Below, piece after piece: positions 45,373 through 53,162 of a stretch of 64,000 bases of DNA. Made by a program: the position numbers and the translations under genes. Source of the stretch: an uncultured Actinomycetes bacterium. GTDB taxonomy: Bacteria; Actinomycetota; Acidimicrobiia; IMCC26256; DASPTH01. Where the stretch lies: positions 281,975 through 345,974 of the forward strand of contig CAWIHV010000007.1 in the NCBI GenBank assembly GCA_963835985.1. Direction: 5' to 3'. Numbering within the stretch: the stretch's first letter is position 1; the number at the start of each line of letters is the position of its first letter. The notes beneath the pieces are model-generated. The model made no database searches. It was given only the letters and a program-made list of their open reading frames with translations, and was not told where the DNA came from.

Positions 45373-46020
45373 TTGGATCCCCCGGGTCAGATCGCTGCCG
45401 CGGGCGAGGCGGCGCGTGCCGTCCTCGAGGACAAGCACACGGCGCGTGAGATCACGCTCTCCACGTCGCGTCGAGCGATCCGCTCCTGCGCATCGGCGAT
45501 CCGCGCCGTGCACCGGCGCGAGTTCCGTGAAGCGCGGGCGCTGATCGCGGAAGCGGCCGCGTACCTGGCCGAAGCCGAGGGTGCGCTCGGTCCCCACTCC
45601 GACGTGCGCTACGCCGGATTCCTCAACGACGCGAAGAAAGAGTTCGCCGAGGCGAACCTCACGCTCGCCTTCGTCGAGGACAACCCGCTCCCGACGGCGG
45701 CGGAGCTCGGCGTCGACGTCCAGCCGTACCTCAACGGGATGGCGGAGGCGGCGAGCGAGCTGCGGCGCCAGGTGCTCGACTGCCTCCGGCGCGACGAGGG
45801 CAGCGAGGCCGAGCGGCTGCTCGCGCTGATGGACGATGTGTACGGGATGCTCGTCACCATCGACTACCCCGACGGTCTCACCGGCGGCTTGCGACGTTCG
45901 ACCGACGCGCTGCGCGCGGTGCTCGAGCGCACACGCGGTGACGTGACGACCGCGATCGTCGCGGCGCGCTTGCAGGCCGCGATCGAGGGAAGCAGCTCAC
46001 CGGGACCCATCGGGTTCTGA
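45373..46020 (+). CDS. translin-family protein
   Basis: Intact 215 aa. ...PYLNGMAEAASELRRQVLDCLRRDE...MDDVYGMLVTIDYPDGLTGGLRRSTDALRAVLERTRGDV matches the translin C-terminal helices. Confidence 0.6.
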   Translation: MDPPGQIAAAGEAARAVLEDKHTAREITLSTSRRAIRSCASAIRAVHRREFREARALIAEAAAYLAEAEGALGPHSDVRYAGFLNDAKKEFAEANLTLAFVEDNPLPTAAELGVDVQPYLNGMAEAASELRRQVLDCLRRDEGSEAERLLALMDDVYGMLVTIDYPDGLTGGLRRSTDALRAVLERTRGDVTTAIVAARLQAAIEGSSSPGPIGF

Positions 46021-46029
46021 CCTGACACA

Positions 46030-46437
46030 TCAGGTCGCGAGTACGACGCGAGCACGGCTGAGGAGCTCGTTGAGCACGCGCTCGGTGGCGGCGACGTCGT
46101 CGGGCGCCAGGTCATCGAAGATCGCGCTCGCGTCGTCGGCGATCATCGCTTGGACGTGGGCCAGCAGCTCGCGGCCCTCGTGGGTGAGGCGCCCGTCATC
46201 GAGCAGTCCGCGCACGGTGAGGTCGTCGACGTGCTGCGCGGCGTTGAGGAAGTGAGCGCGATCTGCAACCGCAGTGGCGAGTCCGTCGTGGTCGACGGTG
46301 CCGTCGAGCATGTTCGCGACGCGCAGCGTCACCCAGTGGGGCTCACTCAGCCCGGTGCCTCGCAAGTCTCGGAGCAGCAGCGCGTTGAGCGTCTTCTCGG
46401 TCTCGCCGATGAGCTGAGGGCCGAATGGCGTGGTCAT
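46030..46437 (-). CDS. MarR-like winged-helix regulator (divergent)
   Basis: ATG 46437 MTTPFGPQLIGETEKTLNALLLRDLRGTGLSEPHWVTLRV...VDDLTVRGLLDDGRLTHEGRELL.... Confidence 0.6.
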   Translation of the reverse strand: MTTPFGPQLIGETEKTLNALLLRDLRGTGLSEPHWVTLRVANMLDGTVDHDGLATAVADRAHFLNAAQHVDDLTVRGLLDDGRLTHEGRELLAHVQAMIADDASAIFDDLAPDDVAATERVLNELLSRARVVLAT

Positions 46438-46454
46438 GACGTCCTCCTCGGAGA

Positions 46455-46475
46455 ATCGTTGGTGCCACCAACGAT
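46455..46475. promoter_or_regulatory. 21-nt perfect palindrome in the MarR/MarR divergent promoter (operator candidate)
   Basis: ATCGTTGGTG-C-CACCAACGAT. Confidence 0.55.
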
Positions 46476-46486
46476 AACGCAGAGTC

Positions 46487-46501
46487 GTTGGTCGTACCAA
46501 C
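46487..46501. promoter_or_regulatory. second related palindrome (operator candidate)
   Basis: GTTGGT-cgt-ACCAAC shares the GTTGGT/ACCAAC half-site with the first palindrome. Confidence 0.45.
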
Positions 46502-46522
46502 AATCTCGGTACACTCGGCCTC

Positions 46523-46939
46523 GTGCCATTGGAACGAGTCGCCGGTCGCCCCACGTGGCTGCTCAGCCGGGCGAACCTCCGGGCCCAGGAGCTGCTGAGC
46601 GCCGCGTTCACGGCCGAGGGGCTCCGGGGGTACCACTTCCGGTTGTTGGCAGCGCTGGACCAGTACGGGGCGAGCAGCCAGGCCGACCTCGGGCGCCACA
46701 CCGACATCGATCGCAGCGATGTGGTCGCGGCCCTCAACGAGCTCGTCGACGACGGTCTGGCACGCCGGGAGCCCGATCCCGAGGACGGTCGCCGCAACGT
46801 GGTGACCATCTCGAAGCGGGGGCGGACCACCCTGGAACGGGTTGACACCGCGCTCGACGACGTGCAGGACGCGGTGCTGGAACCGCTGTCGACCGCCGAG
46901 CGCACGACGTTCGTGCGGCTGCTCGCGAAGCTGGTCTGA
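46523..46939 (+). CDS. MarR-family transcriptional regulator
   Basis: Intact 138 aa. ...HFRLLAALDQYGASSQADLGRHTDIDRSDVVAALNELVDDGLARREPDPEDGRRNVVTISKRGR. Confidence 0.85.
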   Translation: MPLERVAGRPTWLLSRANLRAQELLSAAFTAEGLRGYHFRLLAALDQYGASSQADLGRHTDIDRSDVVAALNELVDDGLARREPDPEDGRRNVVTISKRGRTTLERVDTALDDVQDAVLEPLSTAERTTFVRLLAKLV

Positions 46940-46994
46940 CCCCGTTTCGACCCGAAGGGTGAGCACGGCGCGGTGGTACGCTCTCGGGTCCCGC

Positions 46995-47071
46995 GGGGGT
47001 GTAGCTCAGCCCGGTAGAGCGCTACGTTCGCAACGTAGAAGTCGTGGGTTCAAGTCCCATCACCTCCACCA
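46995..47071 (+). tRNA. tRNA-Ala (anticodon CGC), CCA encoded
   Basis: GGGGGTG acceptor pairs with CACCTCC, including the G3:U70 alanine identity pair. D-arm TAGCTCAGCCCGGTAGAGC. Anticodon stem CTACG/CGTAG with loop TTCGCAA. T-arm GTGGGTTCAAGTCCCAT, then ACCA. Confidence 0.9.
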
Positions 47072-47074
47072 AAT

Positions 47075-47128
47075 GTGAGACGTTCAAACCGCGACCGACA
47101 AGATGATCCGCAAGCGGTTTTGTCTCAC
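47075..47128 (+). terminator. long interrupted hairpin immediately 3' of the tRNA
   Basis: GTGAGAC-gttc-AAACCGC...(21 nt)...GCGGTTT-t-GTCTCAC. Confidence 0.4.
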
Positions 47129-47498
47129 CTGGGCGTTGAACGCCGCCTGGTTCAGGCGACCGCGTCCGTGAGCGTCAGCGGCTCGGTAGCCTCCGGAAGG
47201 TTCCGAGCCCAAGCGATTGCGCGCTCAAGGGGGACCTCGTGTCCGCTACGAGGGCGCCCACTTCCTCAGGGCTCAGGCGAATCTGATAACGCTTTGGACG
47301 GGAAGTCGTACTCCTCGATCTCGACGCCCAGCAGCTGCCAGCGCAGCGGATGGCCGGCCAGCTGCAAGAACGCGGACGGCGCCGCGTCCGGTGGCGTGCC
47401 CGTCGGTGATGACCGACGTCGATGCATGACGGTCACGGGCCCACCCACAACTTTGGCTGTACTCTTCCCGTGCGCTGGCGAGGGCCGCGTCAGGAGGG

Positions 47499-49241
47499 TT
47501 GCGCACGGTGTCTCGGTACGGTCGAATCGCGGCGCTCGTCGGGGCGATCGCCCTGGTCGGAAGCGCCCTCGGGCTCGGGTTGCCGTCGGTCGCCGTCGCC
47601 GACGACGTGAACGCCGCCGCGAACATCGTGGTCAACACCACCGCCGACGGCGGTCCCGGGTCACTCCGCTACGCAGTCGAGACGCAGGCGACGAGCCCCG
47701 GCGGAGACACGGTCATTCTCCAGGACGGCGCCACCTACACGCTGACGTGCGGGGCCGGTGGCTCGCTCGAGCACGCCAACACACCGCTCACGATCCAGGG
47801 CGCAGCGACCATCGCCATGGCAGGCGGTTGTAACGACGCCATCATCGTGCAAGGGACTGCTCCGCTCACGCTCGACGGGCCGACGCTCACCGGCGCGCAC
47901 ATGACGGGCGCGGGATCCCTGTTCGGAGTGGTCAACGTAGGGAGCCAGCTCACGCTGTCCGGGGCCACGGTCACCGGCAACTCCTCCGCCTCGGGCGGCT
48001 CGAACTTCGGGATCCTCAACGCCAACGGCAGCGTGGCGATCACGAACTCGAACATCATCGACAACACGTTGACGTCGACCGGCGGCTCGGTCTTCGGGAT
48101 CCTCAACGCCAACGGCCCGGTCACCATCGACGACAGCGTCCTCACGGGTCTCGAGAACTCGACGACCAGCGCCTCCAACTCGGCGTTCGGCGTGGTGAAC
48201 GCCAACGGATCGCTCGCCATCAGCAACTCGACGCTCGACGATCTCGACAACGTCGGCACCTCCAGTGCGTTCGGCGTGCTGAACGCGAACGGTGCTGCGA
48301 CGCTCACCGACACCATGCTCTCTCGGGGGCGGAACGTCACCTCAGGAAGCGGCAGCGCGTTCGGTGTGGTGAATGCGAACGGACAGCTCACCATGACGCG
48401 CAGCACCGTCACCACGTCCACGAACTCGGCGGTGAACAACGCCTACGGCGTCCTGGATGTGAACGGCCCGCTGGAGATGACGGACTCGGCGTTGCTCGAC
48501 AGCACGAACACGACGAGCGGCGGTGACGCCTACGGGTTTGCCGACGTCAACGGCGACGCGACGCTGACCCGGTCGACGATGGGCGGGAACACGAGCTCCG
48601 CGTCCTCTGGCACCAGTCATGGTGGCCTGCTCGCGTCGTCCGTGACCTTGGTCAATTCGACGGTGGCCGACAACACGGTGAGCGGTGGCAGCATCAGCGA
48701 TGGTGTCCTCTCGGGGGCGACGGTCTCGCTCGCGTACACGACGGTGAACGGCAACGGGGCCGGCGACGCGGCGAACGTGACCGGCGACGAGCTCGCGTCG
48801 TTCGCGTCGGTGCTCACCGGCGCGGCAGGAACCGGTGGTAACTGCGACGTCACAACGACGCAGTCGTTCGGCTACAACTACGCCGACGACACGTCGTGCG
48901 ACTTCACCGACACGACCGACGACGCGAACACCGGCAACCTCCCGATGCTCGCCGCGCTCGCCGACAACGGGGGTCCCGCCCCGACGCTGCTCCCCGAGTC
49001 GGGCAGCCCGCTGATCGACGCGATCCCGAACGAGGACTGCCAGACCGCGCCGCTCGGGACGGGAATCACCGTCGACGAGCGCAGCCTCGCACGGCCGGGC
49101 GAGTCCGGCGGCGCCTGCGACATCGGCGCCGTCGAGGTGCAACCGGTTCCGCCCGAGCCGCCGGTTCCGCCCGAGCCGCCGGCACCTCCCGCTCCGCCAG
49201 CCCCGTCCCCCGTGCCGGTCGCGCCGAAGTTCACTGGCTGA
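47499..49241 (+). CDS. secreted right-handed beta-helix repeat protein (CSLREA-like N-terminus, choice-of-anchor-Q-like C-terminal domain, Pro-rich tail)
   Basis: Intact 580 aa. Signal peptide MRTVSRYGRIAALVGAIALVGSALGLGLPSVAVA. ...NTTADGGPGSLRYAVE.... Eight [FY]G-x-[VLA]-[ND]-[AV]-NG repeats. ...LADNGGPAPTLLPESGSPLIDAI...CDIGAVEV. The tail is PVPPEP x2 followed by PAPPAPPAPSPVPVAPKFTG. Confidence 0.8.
   Translation: MRTVSRYGRIAALVGAIALVGSALGLGLPSVAVADDVNAAANIVVNTTADGGPGSLRYAVETQATSPGGDTVILQDGATYTLTCGAGGSLEHANTPLTIQGAATIAMAGGCNDAIIVQGTAPLTLDGPTLTGAHMTGAGSLFGVVNVGSQLTLSGATVTGNSSASGGSNFGILNANGSVAITNSNIIDNTLTSTGGSVFGILNANGPVTIDDSVLTGLENSTTSASNSAFGVVNANGSLAISNSTLDDLDNVGTSSAFGVLNANGAATLTDTMLSRGRNVTSGSGSAFGVVNANGQLTMTRSTVTTSTNSAVNNAYGVLDVNGPLEMTDSALLDSTNTTSGGDAYGFADVNGDATLTRSTMGGNTSSASSGTSHGGLLASSVTLVNSTVADNTVSGGSISDGVLSGATVSLAYTTVNGNGAGDAANVTGDELASFASVLTGAAGTGGNCDVTTTQSFGYNYADDTSCDFTDTTDDANTGNLPMLAALADNGGPAPTLLPESGSPLIDAIPNEDCQTAPLGTGITVDERSLARPGESGGACDIGAVEVQPVPPEPPVPPEPPAPPAPPAPSPVPVAPKFTG
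47919..48590 (+). repeat. about 8 divergent in-frame tandem units (about 84-96 nt each) encoding the FGxxNANG beta-helix rungs
   Basis: LFGVVNVG, NFGILNANG, VFGILNANG, AFGVVNANG, AFGVLNANG, AFGVVNANG, AYGVLDVNG, AYGFADVNG, each followed by x-[VLA]-x-[IM]-x-[DNR]-S. Confidence 0.7.
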
Positions 49242-49700
49242 GGAGCTCGCCGCTGACCGGGTGCGGTGCGAGCACGGAGGGTGACGGAGGCAAGGTCTCG
49301 ACGGCGACGCGCTCGCGGCGTGGGAGGGCCGAGGAGATTCCGGCGATCTCGGCGATCGTGGATGCCACCTGCACCGACGGGGCGCGCGAACTCGGGCTGA
49401 TCCGCCCGGCGACCGAGCCGCCAGGGGATGCGACCGAAACTGAGCGCTTCATGGCGCTGGCCGGCCGGACGATTCCCCGCTGAACGCCTGCGTGGCGTCG
49501 ATCGCGCCGCCCGCCATCAACCAGTGCCGTCGGAAGGGTTTGAGAGCTGTCTCATCAGGTCCTCCACCATGGGTTGTCGACGCAACCCGCCTCTCACGCC
49601 GACGGAACCGCCTCGAACGACGGTCCGTCGGCGGTGTCGCGTGTGCTTGCGGAGGTCCTCGGGGTGTCCACATGCACCACGACGTGAGGCCAGTGAGTTT
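49231..49700 (-). other. unresolved coding-like segment downstream of dsrE (frame-broken gene or pseudogene)
   Basis: Minus-strand pieces ...HWLMAGGAIDATQAFSGESSGRPA... and MKRSVSVASPGGSVAGRISP...AEIAGISSALPRRERVAVETLPP...GELLSQ* have high third-position GC but sit in different frames. I recognise no family. A plus-strand frame is equally open. Confidence 0.2.
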
Positions 49701-49715
49701 CAGCGCGGCGGGTGT

Positions 49716-50183
49716 TCAGGTGAAGATGATCTGCCCTCCGGCGGCCTTCTCGTAGAACTCGCCGACGGTGATGATGTCTTCGATCTGGTCGACGAAGTCG
49801 TCCTTGGTGAACCCGAACATGTCGACCGACGCCTTGCAGGCGTACATGCCGGCGCCGGTGTCGCCGATCATCTCGATGAACTCGTGCACGGGCGGGATGT
49901 CCAGGTCGGACATCTTCTTCTCCATCATCTTCGTGGCGATCGCGGACATGCCGGGGAGCACGCCGATCAGGCTCGCGATGTGCATGCCGGGGTTGCCGAC
50001 CGTCGCGACCTTGATGTGCTCGATCCGTTCACGGTGGACCGCGTCGAGGCCGAAGAAGGTGAAGAAGAGGTTGGCGTCGATCCCTTCGGCGCGTGCGCCG
50101 TTGGCCATGATGAGCCCGGGATAGATCCCTTCGAGTGATCCTTTCGAGATCACGATCGACACCTTCTCGATGCTGTCCGACAT
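49716..50183 (-). CDS. DsrE/DsrF-like sulfur-relay family protein
   Basis: Intact 155 aa. MSDSIEKVSIVISKGSLEGIYPGLIMANGARAEGIDANLFFTFFGLDAV...GAGMYACKASVDMFG. Confidence 0.8.
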   Translation of the reverse strand: MSDSIEKVSIVISKGSLEGIYPGLIMANGARAEGIDANLFFTFFGLDAVHRERIEHIKVATVGNPGMHIASLIGVLPGMSAIATKMMEKKMSDLDIPPVHEFIEMIGDTGAGMYACKASVDMFGFTKDDFVDQIEDIITVGEFYEKAAGGQIIFT

Positions 50184-50198
50184 CAGGTCGCCTTCCGG

Positions 50199-50516
50199 TC
50201 AGATGCAGCCGCGGGGCTTGGGGATCCCGGCGATCTTGGCGGCGAGCTTGGCCGGGCCCTTCGGGAAGAGCTGGTAGAGCTCCTTGACCGACACCCCTGA
50301 CGTCTTGCCGAGCGCCCTGACCGTGGGCCCGGTGCCCTTCTCGAAGTACTCCTTGCGCATGAAATTGATGACCTGCCAGTGCTTGGGGGTGAGCGGGTCG
50401 ATGCCTTCGCGTTTGGCGATCTCGACGGCCATGTCTTCGGTCCACTGGTCGGGTTGTTCGAGGAAGCCTTCGTCGTTGAGGGTGACGTCGACCCCGGCGA
50501 TCGTTGCGGTGGTCAC
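50199..50516 (-). CDS. TusE/DsrC-family sulfur-relay protein (single C-terminal Cys type)
   Basis: Intact 105 aa. ...LNDEGFLEQPDQWTEDMAVEIAKREGI.PLTPKHWQVINFMRKEYFEKG... ending ...AGIPKPRGCI*. The second Cys, expected about 11 residues upstream in bona fide DsrC, is Ala here. Confidence 0.85.
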   Translation of the reverse strand: MTTATIAGVDVTLNDEGFLEQPDQWTEDMAVEIAKREGIDPLTPKHWQVINFMRKEYFEKGTGPTVRALGKTSGVSVKELYQLFPKGPAKLAAKIAGIPKPRGCI

Positions 50517-51775
50517 GATGGACTCCTTTCAGGTGTTCGAGGCGGGGTGTTCTTGCCGGCGGTCGGCATGTCGGCGGTGATGCCGGGGATGTCGCGGCCG
50601 GGCAGCAAGGCGTGCCAGTAGAACCACTGGAACATGAGCTTGCCGAGGTGGTTGAGCCGCGACTCCTTGAGCAGGGGCAGGCCGACCCGGGCGGGGAAGT
50701 GACCGCCGACGGGTTCGTGGTCGTAGTTGAAGTCGATGAGCATGGCCTTGTGAAAGCCCGTCTCGATGAAGCAGTTCGAGTGCCCGTCGTAGGACGCGTC
50801 GAGCGCCTCGCCGCGCAGGAAGCGTTGGATGTTCTCGACCAGGGTCTCGCCCTCGTAGTGCGTGACCGAGCCTGCCTTGGAGATCGGCAGTGCGGCCGCG
50901 TCGCCGATCGCGAACACGTTCGGTTTCGCGATCGATTGCAGGGTGTGCTCGTCGGTGAGCACGAAGTCGAGTGCGTCGCCGAGCCCTGGTGACGCGCCGA
51001 CATAGGCAGCGCCGCTATGGACAGGGATCACGACCGCGAGATCGAACGGGACCTCGCGCTCGTCGTAGCTGACGAGCCGCCCACCGTCGCCGTCGACCTC
51101 GCCAGTGTTGAACTCGGTCACCAGCTCGATGTTCCGCTCCGCGAGCATCCCGCCCAACGTCTGCGATGCGGTCGGCGTGGTGAACGCGCCGTCGAGGGGC
51201 GTCACGAACGTGATCGTGACTTCGTCACGCACGCCGCGCTCGTGGAGATACCAGTCGGCGAGGAAGCAGAACTCGAGCGGCGCGACCGGGCACTTGATCG
51301 GCATGTCGATCACGTTCACGACCACGCGTCCACGATCGAACCTTGCGAGCGCGGACTCCAACGCGCTCGCGCCCGGGAGGTCATAGAAGGTGAACACCTT
51401 CTCCATCCAGCCGGGACCGGTCAGGCCGTCGGTCTCCTCCGGTACGAGCCGCGATCCCGACGCGACGACGAGCACGTCGTAGTCGAGAACCGTCCCGTCG
51501 GCGAGGTGGACCTGGTCGGTGTCGAGATCGACGTGGTCGATCCCACTCTGGTGGTAGTCGACGCCCGAGTGGAGTTGGCGTGACCGCGACCGGACGATGT
51601 CGTCGGGGTCCGCCAGACCGAAGGGGACGAACAGCAGACCCGGCTGGTACACGTGACGGTCGTCGGCATCGACCACCGTGATCGACGCCTCCGAGGTCGC
51701 GAGTGCCTTACGCAACCGGTTGGCGGTCAAGGTCCCGCCGGTGCCGCCACCGAGGATCACGATGTGTGAGTTCAT
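50513..51775 (-). CDS. FAD-dependent sulfide:quinone oxidoreductase-like protein
   Basis: ATG 51775 MNSHIVILGGGTGGTLTANRL is the dinucleotide fold. ...MPIKCPVAPLEFCFL...FAIGDAAALP.... The stop overlaps the tusE-like start by 4 nt. Confidence 0.75.
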   Translation of the reverse strand: MNSHIVILGGGTGGTLTANRLRKALATSEASITVVDADDRHVYQPGLLFVPFGLADPDDIVRSRSRQLHSGVDYHQSGIDHVDLDTDQVHLADGTVLDYDVLVVASGSRLVPEETDGLTGPGWMEKVFTFYDLPGASALESALARFDRGRVVVNVIDMPIKCPVAPLEFCFLADWYLHERGVRDEVTITFVTPLDGAFTTPTASQTLGGMLAERNIELVTEFNTGEVDGDGGRLVSYDEREVPFDLAVVIPVHSGAAYVGASPGLGDALDFVLTDEHTLQSIAKPNVFAIGDAAALPISKAGSVTHYEGETLVENIQRFLRGEALDASYDGHSNCFIETGFHKAMLIDFNYDHEPVGGHFPARVGLPLLKESRLNHLGKLMFQWFYWHALLPGRDIPGITADMPTAGKNTPPRTPERSPS

Positions 51776-51968
51776 GCGCTTCTGACGGTACGACCACTGC
51801 AGATCCGGCTGGCAGGGCCGAACGACCCTCTCCCGACGACCGACCATTCGCAGACTCGCGGATCGGCACTGAACCGGGCAATGCCGCGGGAGAGGACTTC
51901 GTGCCCTAGTCGTCGGACCTCGTCGTCGTTACCGTCGACACGTCAGCATCCGTCGAGGAGGCACTCCG

Positions 51969-53015
51969 ATGCGAGCACTCGTGTACCACGGACCCGGCCA
52001 GAAAGCTTGGGAGGAGGTGGCGAAGCCGTCGGTCATCGACGACACCGACGCGGTCGTGCGCGTCGACGCGGTGACGATCTGCGGAACCGATCTCCACATC
52101 CTCAAAGGCGACGTCCCCGAAGTCACCGATGGACGCATCCTCGGCCACGAAGCGGTCGGTACCGTCGAATCGGTCGGCGTCGGGGTGAAGAACGTGCGCG
52201 TCGGTGACCGGGTGCTCGTCTCGTGCATCACCGCGTGTGGTGCCTGCCGCTACTGCCGTGAGGGCCGATACGGCCAGTGCCTCGGCGGTGGCGGATGGAT
52301 CCTCGGTCACACGATCGACGGCACCCAGGCCGAGTACGTTCGCGTCCCGTTCGCGGATACCTCCACGTATCCGGTCCCCGACGGCGTCGACGACGAGCAG
52401 GTCCTCATGCTCGCCGACATCCTCCCCACGGGCTACGAGGTCGGCGTCCTCAACGGCCACGTGCAACCCGGCGATGTCGTCGCGATCGTCGGCGCCGGCC
52501 CGATCGGGCTCTCGGCGATCATGGGCGCCCGGCTGTTCAGCCCCAGTCACATCGTCGCGATCGACCTTGCCGACAGCCGCCTCGAAGCCGCCAAGCAGTT
52601 CGGGGCGGACGTCACGATCAACAACGGCCGCGAAGATGCCCTCGCGATCGTGCGCGCTCTGACGGGCGGTCTGGGGGCCGACGTCGCGATCGAAGCGGTC
52701 GGGGTCGCCCCGACCTTCGAGCTCGCTGCTGCCCTTGCTCGCCCGGGCGGCCACATCGCCAACATCGGTGTCCACGGCGGACCCGCGACGCTGCATCTCG
52801 AAGAGCTCTGGACCCGCGATGTCACCATCACCACCGGTCTCGTCGACACCTCGACAACCCCGACGCTGCTTCGCCTGACCGCGAGCGCTCAGCTCGATGC
52901 CGGCAGGTTCGTCACCCACCACTTCAGCCTCGACGAGTTCGAACACGCTTACGACGTCTTCGCCCGAGCAGGCGATACCGGCGCACTCAAGGTGGTCCTT
53001 CGTCCAACGTCGTGA
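51969..53015 (+). CDS. zinc-dependent alcohol dehydrogenase (MDR family)
   Basis: Intact 348 aa. ...TICGTDLHILKGD...GHEAVGTVESVG...CGACRYCREGRYGQC...VAIVGAGPIGL. Confidence 0.9.
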   Translation: MRALVYHGPGQKAWEEVAKPSVIDDTDAVVRVDAVTICGTDLHILKGDVPEVTDGRILGHEAVGTVESVGVGVKNVRVGDRVLVSCITACGACRYCREGRYGQCLGGGGWILGHTIDGTQAEYVRVPFADTSTYPVPDGVDDEQVLMLADILPTGYEVGVLNGHVQPGDVVAIVGAGPIGLSAIMGARLFSPSHIVAIDLADSRLEAAKQFGADVTINNGREDALAIVRALTGGLGADVAIEAVGVAPTFELAAALARPGGHIANIGVHGGPATLHLEELWTRDVTITTGLVDTSTTPTLLRLTASAQLDAGRFVTHHFSLDEFEHAYDVFARAGDTGALKVVLRPTS

Positions 53016-53162
53016 GCACGCCGGCGTCAACCGGGCCACGACCGGACCGTCGCCCTTCAGGATCTCTCGTCGAGATGATCCGTCCGGTCGTGGAGCTGGG
53101 GTGGCGCGTGACGTGGGAGCTTGCGACACCCGACAATGGATGCGGCTGAGAGAAGGTGCAAG

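Noticed and set aside
47919-48590. Regularly spaced repeats that could be mistaken for a CRISPR-like or other non-coding array.
   Set aside because: The units are in-frame, divergent at the DNA level and encode the FGxxNANG rungs of one intact ORF. There are no conserved direct repeats with unique spacers and no cas genes. No CRISPR array exists in this window.
46995-49241. An integrated prophage or ICE at tRNA-Ala.
   Set aside because: No integrase, excisionase, phage structural, replication or conjugation genes follow the tRNA. I found no duplicated tRNA 3' end. Only the weak island hypothesis is retained.
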